This document shows positions 38,599 through 47,805 of a stretch of DNA of 64,000 nucleotides, in pieces (the first letter of the stretch is position 1; every line of letters starts with the position of its first letter). The notes beneath the pieces were generated by a model. That model did not search any database. It was given only the letters and a program-made list of their open reading frames with translations, and was not told the DNA's origin. The translations under genes were made by a program, and so were the position numbers. Where the stretch lies: assembly GCA_017456545.1 (NCBI GenBank), contig JAFTJE010000015.1, positions 64,562 through 128,561 on the forward strand, written 5' to 3'. The stretch comes from Clostridia bacterium. GTDB lineage: Bacteria > Bacillota > Clostridia > Oscillospirales > CAG-272.

Positions 38599-39525
38599 AT
38601 GGAAGACAATAAATGGATACAGATAAAGGTTACCTCTAAGGTGGAAAACCTTGATAGCCTTTGTGCTGTTATGAGTATGCTTTCCAATGGGCTCCAGATA
38701 GAGGATTATTCCGATATAGAGGACAGAATCCTCGATGGAGTGTACGGAGATTTGATTGACGAGAGTGTTTTGAATGCAGATAGAACAGTGGCATCCGTGT
38801 CAATTTATGTTCCAGCCGATAAGCCCACAGAGCATTATACCATGTTTATTAAGGAGAAGCTTGATGCTCTTAAGATAGAGAGCAATACAGAGCTTATCTC
38901 CCTCTGTGAGGAGGATTGGGCAAACTCCTGGAAGCAGTATTACAAGCCAATTAAAATAGGCAACCGACTTGTGGTAGTTCCCATGTGGGAAAGATACAGT
39001 GCAGAGCCCCATGAGATAGTAGTAAAGATGGATCCCGGTATGGCATTCGGTACAGGCACTCATGAGACAACACGCCTCTGTGCAACCCTGCTCGAAAAAT
39101 ACATAAACGGGGAAAGCGTAATGCTTGATGTGGGCTGTGGAAGCGGAATACTTGCTATCTGTGCATCCAAGCTGGGTGCTAAGCAGTGCTACGCCTATGA
39201 CATTGACCCTGTGGCTGTAAAGGTATCGAGAGAGAATGTTAAGGATAATGATGCTTCAAATATCGAATGTGAGGTATCCGACCTTCTTGCAGGTGTCAAA
39301 GCGGGAAAATATGATGTTATCACAGCTAATATAGTAGCTGATATAATCATCAGAATGCTACCCGATATTTCTGAATTTATGCATAAGAAAACCGTCCTTG
39401 TTTTATCGGGCATAATTGACGAAAGGTGCGGGGATGTGTATGAATCTATCGCTAAAAACGGCTTTGAAATCGTAGAAGAAATACACGAAAACGGCTGGTG
39501 TGCGATTTCTGTTAAATTAAGATAG
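38599..39525 (+). CDS. prmA: ribosomal protein L11 methyltransferase
   Basis: 308 aa. PGMAFGTGTHETT and LDVGCGSGIL motifs. Conserved position after dnaJ. Confidence 0.9.
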   Translation: MEDNKWIQIKVTSKVENLDSLCAVMSMLSNGLQIEDYSDIEDRILDGVYGDLIDESVLNADRTVASVSIYVPADKPTEHYTMFIKEKLDALKIESNTELISLCEEDWANSWKQYYKPIKIGNRLVVVPMWERYSAEPHEIVVKMDPGMAFGTGTHETTRLCATLLEKYINGESVMLDVGCGSGILAICASKLGAKQCYAYDIDPVAVKVSRENVKDNDASNIECEVSDLLAGVKAGKYDVITANIVADIIIRMLPDISEFMHKKTVLVLSGIIDERCGDVYESIAKNGFEIVEEIHENGWCAISVKLR

Positions 39526-39527
39526 TC

Positions 39528-39557
39528 AAAAACCTTCTCGTATGAGAAGGTTTTTTC
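39528..39557 (+). terminator. rho-independent terminator ending the hrcA-prmA operon
   Basis: AACCTTCTC-gtat-GAGAAGGTT, then T6. Confidence 0.85.
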
Positions 39558-39586
39558 TTGACATTGCACGGCATTGGTGCTATTAT
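39558..39586 (+). promoter_or_regulatory. sigma-A type promoter of rsmE
   Basis: TTGACA, 17-nt spacer, TGc-TATTAT. Confidence 0.55.
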
Positions 39587-39614
39587 ATACATAACAAAAT
39601 TACGGAGGAAAGAT

Positions 39615-40364
39615 ATGCCCAGATTTTTTATAAGAGCCGATCAGGTTGCAGAATTGGATAACGGGGCTAAAGCCATTGTGATAAAGGGCGAGGATGCTCA
39701 TCACATTTCCCGTTCACTCCGTATGACTGCAGGTGAGGAAATTACTGTTTGTGATATGCAAAAAAATGTATACGGTTGTAAAATTTCCGGCTTTTCAGAG
39801 GGAGAAGTATATTTGGATGTCATAAGTGAGGCTAAGTCCGATACTGAGCCGGAATGTTATGTAAGGCTTTATCAGGCTATCCCAAAGGGAGATAAATTAG
39901 AAACTATAATTCAGAAATCAATAGAGTGCGGTGTATCGGAGATAATCCCCTTTTCATCGGAGAGATGTATTGCAAAAATCGAGGGCAAGGATATTGTCAA
40001 AAAAGCCGAAAGACATAACAAAATAGCAGAGAGTGCAGCCAAGCAATGCGGAAGAGGAATAATTCCCACAGTCCGTGAGGCTATGAGGTTTAAGCAGGCT
40101 GTAGAGGATGCCGTAAAAAGCGAGCTTACTATCCTGTGCTATGAGGGAGACGGCACACAGTCCATTAAGGAAATTTTAAGCAATAACAGAGAAGTAAAAT
40201 CTATTTCCCTTATTATCGGTGCAGAGGGTGGGTTTTCTATTAATGAGGTTAACATTCTTCGAGAAGCCGGAGCTAAAATAGCAGGACTTGGAAAAAGGAT
40301 ATTAAGGTGTGAAACTGCCCCCTCCTTTGCTTTGGCATGTATCTCCTATGAGCTTGAATTGTGA
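39615..40364 (+). CDS. rsmE: 16S rRNA (uracil1498-N3)-methyltransferase
   Basis: Start set at ATG 39615 (MPRFFI), after a GGAGG RBS. PUA-like N-terminus and SPOUT C-terminus (LIIGAEGGF, LGKRILRCETA). Confidence 0.88.
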   Translation: MPRFFIRADQVAELDNGAKAIVIKGEDAHHISRSLRMTAGEEITVCDMQKNVYGCKISGFSEGEVYLDVISEAKSDTEPECYVRLYQAIPKGDKLETIIQKSIECGVSEIIPFSSERCIAKIEGKDIVKKAERHNKIAESAAKQCGRGIIPTVREAMRFKQAVEDAVKSELTILCYEGDGTQSIKEILSNNREVKSISLIIGAEGGFSINEVNILREAGAKIAGLGKRILRCETAPSFALACISYELEL

Positions 40365-40503
40365 TTTTTGTGTAAAATGGCAAAAAAATATGCAAAATTC
40401 ACAAAAAAATATAAAAAAAAGGCTTGAAATAGCTATTAAAATAGTGTAATATATATATACAGAATGCACAAATTGCACAAATCAAACATTTCGGAGGTAG
40501 AGT

Positions 40504-41589
40504 ATGTCCAACAGATTATTTCAAGGTGTGATTCACCAGATGCATGATGCAGTCGACCGTGTTATCGGAGTAATCGATGATTCGGGTGTTGTTATCGCAT
40601 GCAGTGAGCTTTCTAAAATCGGAGAATTGCGTGGTCGCGCAAAGGATGAGATGCTTTATACCACGGATACAATGGTTGTAGACGGCTACACATATCAGCC
40701 CATTGGCAGCGGCACCAAAATAGAATTTATGGTGTTTGTTGAGGGAGAGGATAAGATAGCAGGCAAGTATGCATCCATTCTTGCAATTTCGCTTTCCAAT
40801 ATTAAGAGCTATTATGACGAGAAGTGTGATAAGAGCTCATTTATCAAAAATATCATTATGGATAACATTTTGCCGAGTGATATTTATGCTAAGAGCAAGG
40901 AGCTCCATTTTGACGGTAACGACCACAGAGTGGTATTTCTCGTAAGATTCTATTCCAGAACAGAGATTATGCCCTTTGAAATACTCCAGAATATGTTTCC
41001 CGACAAGTCAAGGGATTATGTTATAGCAACAGGGGACCAGGATGTTGTAATCGTTAAGGGAATTGCCAATGATGTTGACCTTGCCGAGACAGAAAAGATT
41101 GCACAGAGCATTTCCGATACATTAAGCTCAGAGTTCTACTGCCGTGTTGGTATTGGTATCGGTACAATAGTTGACAATATTAAGGACCTTGCAAGATCCT
41201 ATAAGGAAGCCCAGATAGCTATAGAGGTTGGTAAGGTATTTGAAACCGAGAAGGAAATTGTAAGCTATGAGAATCTCGGTATCGGCCGTCTAATTTATCA
41301 GCTTCCCACAACACTTTGTGAGATTTTCTTGACCGAGGTGTTCAAGCATGGATCCATAGATACACTCGATAAGGAAACTCTCCAGACAATCCAGGTATTC
41401 TTTGAGAATAACCTTAATGTTTCCGAAACATCCAGAAAGCTTTATGTACACAGAAATACTCTTGTGTACAGACTTGATAAAATCAAAAAGCTTACAGGAC
41501 TTGACCTTCGTCAGTTCGATCACGCCATAACCTTCAAGGTTGCGTTGATGGTAAGACGCTATCTTACAGCCAAGCCCATTAAATTCTAA
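40504..41589 (+). CDS. PucR/CdaR-family transcriptional regulator
   Basis: 361 aa. C-terminal PucR-type HTH (NLNVSETSRKLYVHRNTLVYRLDKIKKLTGLD). Confidence 0.8.
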   Translation: MSNRLFQGVIHQMHDAVDRVIGVIDDSGVVIACSELSKIGELRGRAKDEMLYTTDTMVVDGYTYQPIGSGTKIEFMVFVEGEDKIAGKYASILAISLSNIKSYYDEKCDKSSFIKNIIMDNILPSDIYAKSKELHFDGNDHRVVFLVRFYSRTEIMPFEILQNMFPDKSRDYVIATGDQDVVIVKGIANDVDLAETEKIAQSISDTLSSEFYCRVGIGIGTIVDNIKDLARSYKEAQIAIEVGKVFETEKEIVSYENLGIGRLIYQLPTTLCEIFLTEVFKHGSIDTLDKETLQTIQVFFENNLNVSETSRKLYVHRNTLVYRLDKIKKLTGLDLRQFDHAITFKVALMVRRYLTAKPIKF

Positions 41590-41596
41590 TTTTAAC

Positions 41597-41622
41597 AAAA
41601 ACTCCGAATGCGGAGTTTTTGT
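41597..41622 (+). terminator. rho-independent terminator
   Basis: AAAAACTCCG-aatg-CGGAGTTTTT. Confidence 0.85.
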
Positions 41623-41698
41623 GCGTAATCGCAGTATAATGCGATAATAATTCAAGTATATTTTTTTGAAAGGGCATGCGTGCCACGAGGTGATAAAC

Positions 41699-42175
41699 AT
41701 GGAAGAAAAGAAAATAAAATATACCGTCGAGGGTTATGAAAAGCTTAAGGAAGAGTACGAATATCTCAAAAAGGTTCGTCGTCAGGAGATAAAGGAGCTT
41801 ATTAAAGAAGCAAGATCCTTCGGTGACTTGTCTGAGAACAGTGAGTACGATGAGGCAAGAGATCAGCAGGCAAAGGTTGAAAGCAGAATTTTAGAGCTTG
41901 AATACCTTATGAAAAATGCCGAGATTATTGATACAGACGCAGTAAAAAACATTGTAGCTCTCGGATCAACAGTAGTCATAAAATATAAGGATGGTACAGA
42001 AAAGAAGTATGACCTTGTAGGCTCTAACGAGGTTGACCCCTTTAAGGGCAGAATATCAGACCGTTCTCCCATCGGTATGGCTGTTATAGGTCATAAAAAG
42101 GGTGACACAGTTACAATCGAAACACGCGCAGGCGAGAAGGATGCTGTAATCGTAGATTTCTATAAGACAAAATAA
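41699..42175 (+). CDS. greA: transcription elongation factor GreA
   Basis: Start set at ATG 41699. Coiled-coil N-terminal domain with the acidic tip (GDLSENSEYDEA) and an FKBP-like C-terminal domain. Confidence 0.93.
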   Translation: MEEKKIKYTVEGYEKLKEEYEYLKKVRRQEIKELIKEARSFGDLSENSEYDEARDQQAKVESRILELEYLMKNAEIIDTDAVKNIVALGSTVVIKYKDGTEKKYDLVGSNEVDPFKGRISDRSPIGMAVIGHKKGDTVTIETRAGEKDAVIVDFYKTK

Positions 42176-42188
42176 GAGGACACAGATA

Positions 42189-43691
42189 ATGCAGGAAAAT
42201 ATTAATAATACAGAAAATGTAGCAGAAGAGGTTGAATTAAGCGAGATTTTGCAGATTCGCCGTGACAAGCTTACAAGCCTTTGTGAGTCCGGTAATAACC
42301 CCTTCGAAAAGGTAAAGTACGATGTAGATGCGTACACTACTGATATTGTAGAAAGCTTTGAGGAATACGAGGGCAAGACCGTTAAAATCGCAGGCAGACT
42401 TATGTCTCGCCGTGATATGGGAAAGGCTAACTTTATAGATATACTTGACGGCAAGGGCAGAATCCAGTGCTATATCAGAATTAACGATGTAGGGGAGGAT
42501 ACCTTTGAGCAGTACAAGAAGTGGGATATTGGAGATATCGTTGGTATTTCCGGTATGGTGTTCAGAACAAGAAGAGGAGAAATCTCCGTACATGTGTATG
42601 AAATTGAGCTCCTTGCCAAGTCCTTGCTCCCCCTTCCTGAAAAGTATCACGGTCTTAAGGACCAGGAAACAAGATACAGACAGAGATATGTTGACCTTAT
42701 TGTAAATCCCGAGGTTAAGGATACCTTCTATAAGAGATCCCAGATACTTAAGGAGATTCGTAACTACCTTGATTCCAAGGGCTTTTTGGAGGTTGATACA
42801 CCTATCCTTGTTCCTCTTGAAATCGGTGCAAGTGCAAGACCTTTTGTAACACATCACAATACTCTTGATATTGATATGTACCTCCGTATAGAGACAGAGC
42901 TTTATCTCAAGCGTCTTATTGTCGGTGGTATGCATAGAGTATACGAGGTTGGCAGAATCTTCAGAAATGAGGGTATGGATACTAAGCATAACCCCGAGTT
43001 TACCTCTATTGAGCTTTACCAGGCGTTTACCGACTACAAGGGTATGATGGACCTTGTTGAGGAAATGAATAAGATGCTTGCTGTTAAGATTTGCGGCTCT
43101 GAGAAAATTATGTACCAGGGTAATGAAATTGATATGGGTAAGTGGGAAAGACTCACTATGGTAGAGGCTGTTAAGAAGTATGCAGGCGTTGATTACAACG
43201 ACTGGGCAACTGATGAGCAGGCAAGAGAGGTAGCTAAGGCATATCATGTTGAGGTTGCCGATAACGCTACCAAGGGCAGAGTACTTATTGAGTTCTTCGA
43301 TGCATATGTTGAGGAAAAGCTTATTCAGCCTACATTTATCTATGATTATCCCGTGGAGAACAGCCCCCTCGCTAAGAGAAAGGCTGATAATCCCATGTTT
43401 ACAGAACGCTTTGAGTACTTTATCAACGCAACAGAGTTCGGTAATGCATTCAGCGAGCTTAATGACCCAATTGACCAGAAGGAACGCTTTGAAAAGCAGG
43501 TTGAGGCTAAGCGTGCAGAGGAGCCCGATACAAAGGCAGAGGTGGATTATGACTACATCACAGCCCTTGAATACGGCATGCCCCCCACAGGAGGTCTCGG
43601 CTTCGGTATAGACCGTCTTGTAATGCTTCTTACAGACAGTGCCTCCATCCGTGATGTTCTTCTGTTCCCAACAATGAAGCCTCAGGCATAA
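42189..43691 (+). CDS. lysS: lysine--tRNA ligase (class II)
   Basis: 500 aa. OB-fold N-terminal domain and class II motifs (FRNEGMDTKHNPEFT, GGLGFGIDRLVMLL). greA-lysS linkage is typical of Firmicutes. Confidence 0.96.
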   Translation: MQENINNTENVAEEVELSEILQIRRDKLTSLCESGNNPFEKVKYDVDAYTTDIVESFEEYEGKTVKIAGRLMSRRDMGKANFIDILDGKGRIQCYIRINDVGEDTFEQYKKWDIGDIVGISGMVFRTRRGEISVHVYEIELLAKSLLPLPEKYHGLKDQETRYRQRYVDLIVNPEVKDTFYKRSQILKEIRNYLDSKGFLEVDTPILVPLEIGASARPFVTHHNTLDIDMYLRIETELYLKRLIVGGMHRVYEVGRIFRNEGMDTKHNPEFTSIELYQAFTDYKGMMDLVEEMNKMLAVKICGSEKIMYQGNEIDMGKWERLTMVEAVKKYAGVDYNDWATDEQAREVAKAYHVEVADNATKGRVLIEFFDAYVEEKLIQPTFIYDYPVENSPLAKRKADNPMFTERFEYFINATEFGNAFSELNDPIDQKERFEKQVEAKRAEEPDTKAEVDYDYITALEYGMPPTGGLGFGIDRLVMLLTDSASIRDVLLFPTMKPQA

Positions 43692-43701
43692 ATAAAATTT
43701 T

Positions 43702-43735
43702 ACAAGCCCTTACCACTAAGGGCTTGTTTTTTTTA
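43702..43735 (+). terminator. rho-independent terminator after lysS
   Basis: 10-bp stem ACAAGCCCTT/AAGGGCTTGT with loop ACCACT, then T8. Confidence 0.9.
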
Positions 43736-43788
43736 TATGAACTTGTTTTTTGAAAGGAAAATAATATTTTTGTATTGGAGATTAATTG

Positions 43789-43817
43789 TTGATTTTCAGA
43801 CCCTGCCATGATACAAT
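43789..43817 (+). promoter_or_regulatory. sigma-A type promoter of the GH29-GH3 genes
   Basis: TTGATT, 17-nt spacer, TGa-TACAAT. Confidence 0.55.
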
Positions 43818-43857
43818 GGAATTGTAAAAATTTAATTTTTCACAAGAGGTGGTAATT

Positions 43858-45084
43858 ATGATAATTGAACAGCGTATTAAAGATTTTGAAAATTTGGGCT
43901 TTGGAATGTTTGTACATTTCGGACTTTACAGCGTTCACGGTAAGGGTGAGTGGGCGTACAATATAAACATTACACCTAAGGATTACGAGAAGCTCTTTTA
44001 TACATTTAATCCCGATAAGGATTGGGCAAAAAATCTTGTGTCGGCAGCTAAGGGGGCAGGATGCAAATATATTACAATAACCACAAGACATCACGACGGC
44101 TTTTCTCTCTATGACACCTGTGGCTTGAATGAATACGATGCACCTCATTCATCGGCAGGAAGAGATTTGATTCGTGAGTTTGTTGATGAATGTAATATGC
44201 AGAGCATAGTACCGTTTTTCTACCATACCCTTCTTGATTGGCATGAGAAAAGCTATAAGGAGAATTTCCCCGAATACCTTAAGTATCTGAGGGCAAGTGT
44301 AGAAATTCTATGTAAAAATTATGGTAAAATAGGTGGCCTTTGGTTTGACGGAATGTGGGATAAAAAGGAAGAAAACTGGGAAGAGGATGAGCTCTATTCT
44401 CTTATCAGAAGGTATCAGCCCGATGCAATGATTATAAACAATACAGGTCTTTCTGCCCGTGGAGAGCTGGGTCATATAGAGCTTGATTCCGTAACCTTCG
44501 AAAGAGGCCGTCCCCATCCTATCAATTTAGAGGAATCACCAAAATATATCGCAAGTGAGATGTGTCAGATTTTCGGTAATTATTGGGGCTATGCAAAAAG
44601 AGATTTCAACTTCAAATCCTTAAAGGAAATTATTGAGGACTTTTGCGTTTGCAGAAGATACGGTGCAAATTATCTTCTCAATATCGGACCTATGGGTAAC
44701 GGTCAGCTTCGTCCCCTCGATAAGGCTATGCTTGGAGCACTGGGCGAATGGGTCGATATTTATTCTGAGGCCCTTTACTTGCCTCGTCCTGCTAAGATTG
44801 AAATAGAAGGTAAGGAGAAAAGCTTTATTCTTGAGGGTAACGGCTCTTACTACTTATTCGCTTACGACATCGGTGTGTCGGCAAATATCAATGTTGAGCT
44901 TTCTAAGGGAAATCCCGACTGTAACAACAGCTTCAAATTTGATAAGCCAATAAAGTCGGTTAAGTGGTTAGATAACGGTGAGGATGTATTGTTCAGCCGG
45001 GATGGAGACAAGGTGACGGTTGTGACAACTCCCCAACTGTACGGTGAGCATCTTGTTGTGAAAATAGCAAAAATCGAAATATAA
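43858..45084 (+). CDS. alpha-L-fucosidase (GH29)
   Basis: FGMFVHFGLYS, ITTRHHDGF and WFDG motifs. Start set at ATG 43858. Confidence 0.85.
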   Translation: MIIEQRIKDFENLGFGMFVHFGLYSVHGKGEWAYNINITPKDYEKLFYTFNPDKDWAKNLVSAAKGAGCKYITITTRHHDGFSLYDTCGLNEYDAPHSSAGRDLIREFVDECNMQSIVPFFYHTLLDWHEKSYKENFPEYLKYLRASVEILCKNYGKIGGLWFDGMWDKKEENWEEDELYSLIRRYQPDAMIINNTGLSARGELGHIELDSVTFERGRPHPINLEESPKYIASEMCQIFGNYWGYAKRDFNFKSLKEIIEDFCVCRRYGANYLLNIGPMGNGQLRPLDKAMLGALGEWVDIYSEALYLPRPAKIEIEGKEKSFILEGNGSYYLFAYDIGVSANINVELSKGNPDCNNSFKFDKPIKSVKWLDNGEDVLFSRDGDKVTVVTTPQLYGEHLVVKIAKIEI

Positions 45085-45146
45085 GTTAAATAAACAACAC
45101 TGCTGACCGGATTTTACAAAAAATGAAACGGATTTAGGATGCAATT

Positions 45147-47297
45147 ATGGATATTAAAAGGCTTCTTGACAAAATGTCACTTAAGGAAAAGCTGTATCAG
45201 CTTCAGCAGCTGGACTCGAATGTGATTATGTATGATGAGAATATGCCTGTTACGGGTATTTTACAAAAGTTAGAGCTGGATGAAAATTATATTTTTGAAA
45301 CAGGCTCACTTCTGAATTCCTTTGGGGCAAAAAGAACAATAGAAATTCAAAAGAATTTTTTGATGCATAGCAAGAATAAGATTCCTACAGTGATTATGCA
45401 GGATGTTGTTCGTGGTTATAAAACCCTATATCCTATAAACCTGGGCCTTTCCTGTTCCTTTGATATGGACCTTTGTGAAAAATGTGCATCTATGGCGGCT
45501 AAGGAGGCAAGCGTAGACGGTGTACATATGACCTTTGCACCTATGCTTGATGTGTCCCGTGATGCAAGATGGGGCAGAGTAATGGAAACAAGCGGAGAGG
45601 ATACATATCTTACCTGTGAAATTGCAAAAGCCACCACAAGAGGCTTTCAGGGTGACGGAAAAACCTACGGTCTTGGCGTAGGCTGTAAGCATATGGCAGG
45701 CTACGGTGCCCCGGAGAGTGGTAAGGACTATAACCTTTCCGATATGAGTGAAATAACCTTAAGAGAAATCTATCTGCCTCCTTATAAGGCTTCAATAGAT
45801 GAGGGTGCCATGCTTGTAATGGCGGGACAGCAAACACTAAATGGCGTACCCTGTGTCTTAAATTCACATCTTATGAAAGATATTTTAAGGGATGAATGGG
45901 GCTTTGACGGTATAGTTATTTCAGATTATAACTGTCTTGCCAGCACAGTTGACCATGGATATAGTGAAAGCCATAAGCAGGCGGTGGAGCTTGCAATGCA
46001 GTCGGAAATGAATATGGAAATGGCAACGACCTGTGTCGTTAAATACGGGGAGGAGCTGGTTAACGAGGGTAAAGTATCCATAGAGCAAATTGATAAGGCA
46101 GTTTTGCGTATTTTGAAGGTTAAGGAAAAGCTTGGACTGTTTGAGAATCCGTATCGATATGCCGATCCGAATGAGGCGAATAAAATTCTTGGCTGTAAGG
46201 AGCACAAGGAGCTTGCACGCATAGCAAGTGAGGAGAGTGCTGTATTGCTTAAAAATGATTGTGTTTTGCCCTTTAGCAAGGATGTAAAAAGCGTTGCTCT
46301 TATAGGTCCTCTCGCAGATGAGAAGCAGATTGTCGGCTCCTGGTGGTGTGCATATGACAAGAATGAAACTGTGACTGTGCTTGAAGGTATTAAAAATTTG
46401 TTACCGTATGTAAAAATTAATTACGCTATGGGCTGTGGCTTAGAGCTTGATGCAACTGACATATCACAAATTGATGAGGCTGTGGAACTGGCAAAAGAAT
46501 CAGATATAGTGATCCTGTGTGTAGGCGAGGATATGAGAGACAGTGGCGAATCCAAGTCTAAAGCGTTCTTAGAGCTGTCTCCTGCTCAAAAGGAGCTGAT
46601 AAGAAGAGTTACAGAATCCAATAAAAATACAGCCACGGTGCTATTTACAGGCAGACCGCTTGTGCTTACCGAAGAGAACAAAACAGCAGGTGCGATTCTT
46701 AATGTATTCTTCCCCGGCACAGAGGGAGGAAACGCAATAGCAAACCTTTTGTTTGGAAATAGCGTACCCTGTGGTAAGCTTACAATGTCATTCCCTCACA
46801 ATGTGGGACAGTGCCCTGTGTATTATAATCACTTTAAGACAGGAAACTACCGTACTGATGATACGAAAAGGATGGTATTTAAGTCGGGCTATATTGACGG
46901 ACCGAATAAGCCGTTATACCCCTTTGGTTACGGACTCAGCTATACCGATTTTGAATACAGCAGCCATAAAATCAGCAGCGATATAATAAACGATAACGGT
47001 AAAATCACAGCATCCGTTAAGGTGAAAAATATTGGTAAATATAAGGCAAAGGAAATTGTTCAGATGTACATCCAGGACCTATTTGGCTCGGTTGTACGAC
47101 CTGTAAAGGAGCTTCGAGGCTTTAAGAAAATAGAGCTTAGTCCGAATGAAGAAAAAACCGTAGAATTTGAAATTACTGAGGACACTCTCGCATTTGTGGG
47201 AGCAGATTTGAAAAGAAAGGCAGAAAAGGGAAGGTTCCGTATCTTTATCGGTAACAGTAGTGAAATCGAACCCTTTGCAGAATTTGAATACAAATAA
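45147..47297 (+). CDS. glycoside hydrolase family 3 (beta-glucosidase/BglX-like)
   Basis: 716 aa. KHMAGYG and GFDGIVISDY (nucleophile Asp) motifs. C-terminal FnIII-like domain. Confidence 0.88.
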   Translation: MDIKRLLDKMSLKEKLYQLQQLDSNVIMYDENMPVTGILQKLELDENYIFETGSLLNSFGAKRTIEIQKNFLMHSKNKIPTVIMQDVVRGYKTLYPINLGLSCSFDMDLCEKCASMAAKEASVDGVHMTFAPMLDVSRDARWGRVMETSGEDTYLTCEIAKATTRGFQGDGKTYGLGVGCKHMAGYGAPESGKDYNLSDMSEITLREIYLPPYKASIDEGAMLVMAGQQTLNGVPCVLNSHLMKDILRDEWGFDGIVISDYNCLASTVDHGYSESHKQAVELAMQSEMNMEMATTCVVKYGEELVNEGKVSIEQIDKAVLRILKVKEKLGLFENPYRYADPNEANKILGCKEHKELARIASEESAVLLKNDCVLPFSKDVKSVALIGPLADEKQIVGSWWCAYDKNETVTVLEGIKNLLPYVKINYAMGCGLELDATDISQIDEAVELAKESDIVILCVGEDMRDSGESKSKAFLELSPAQKELIRRVTESNKNTATVLFTGRPLVLTEENKTAGAILNVFFPGTEGGNAIANLLFGNSVPCGKLTMSFPHNVGQCPVYYNHFKTGNYRTDDTKRMVFKSGYIDGPNKPLYPFGYGLSYTDFEYSSHKISSDIINDNGKITASVKVKNIGKYKAKEIVQMYIQDLFGSVVRPVKELRGFKKIELSPNEEKTVEFEITEDTLAFVGADLKRKAEKGRFRIFIGNSSEIEPFAEFEYK

Positions 47298-47390
47298 TCC
47301 CGCATCCTGTTAATCAACAGATTTTAAAGTCAGCATAGCTGTAAAAAGATTTTTTGTTGAGAGGATAGAAAACCATAAAAATTCAGGAAT

Positions 47391-47453
47391 AAATATCCAC
47401 CTACCCGTGAAGTGAACTAAATGGGGTTCACTTCACCCGATAGGTGGATATTT
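47391..47453 (+). terminator. 63-nt imperfect inverted repeat, probably the terminator downstream of the GH3 gene
   Basis: Stems AAATAT/ATATTT, CCACCTA/TAGGTGG and GTGAAGTGAAC/GTTCACTTCAC (24 bp in total) with a small internal loop, followed by TCTTTTGTTT. Confidence 0.55.
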
Positions 47454-47677
47454 TCTTTTGTTTACATATGTATAAGAGCAATTATCCTCGGGGGAGTGTA
47501 TGAAAACAGAATGTTTTTCCTTTTTTGAAGATAAAATGACTATGCGGAAAAATAAGGTTAATAAAATAGCTTTTACAGAGATTCACCAAAAAACAGGAAA
47601 AAGCAAGACAGCGTGTGCATATTTTCTCGTCTTACTCTGCCGAGTACCCGCACAAGGCTCTTTTTAGGGTGCATATA

Positions 47678-47706
47678 TTGACTTTTTTCGAGTTATATGA
47701 TATAAT
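47678..47706 (+). promoter_or_regulatory. sigma-A type promoter of the glycopolymer locus
   Basis: TTGACT, 17-nt spacer, TGa-TATAAT. Leaves a leader of about 95 nt before the first gene. Confidence 0.65.
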
Positions 47707-47805
47707 ACAAATAAATAAAATTATAATTGCAGAACTATGGCCATTTTACGGTATGGTTAAGTTTGCTTTTGTTTCCCTCAAATTGGGGAGAAGGAGAGTA
47801 GTATT

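Noticed and set aside
47500-47667. A 55-codon ORF (MKTECFSFFEDKMTMRKNKVNKIAFTEIHQKTGKSKTACAYFLVLLCRVPAQGSF) in the long intergenic region.
   Set aside because: The GGGGGAG element ends only 3 nt before the ATG, which is too close. I recognise no family, and the composition is typical of random AT-rich sequence. At most it is a gene remnant.
47595-47777. Possible invertible (phase-variable) promoter for the glycan locus. Imperfect inverted repeats GGAAAAAGCAAGAC (about 47595-47608) and GTTTGCTTTTGTTTCC (about 47762-47777) flank the promoter at 47678-47706.
   Set aside because: The arms match only with an indel and several mismatches, the DNA is AT-rich, and no recombinase gene is nearby. This is insufficient evidence. 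Read-orientation analysis could still test it.
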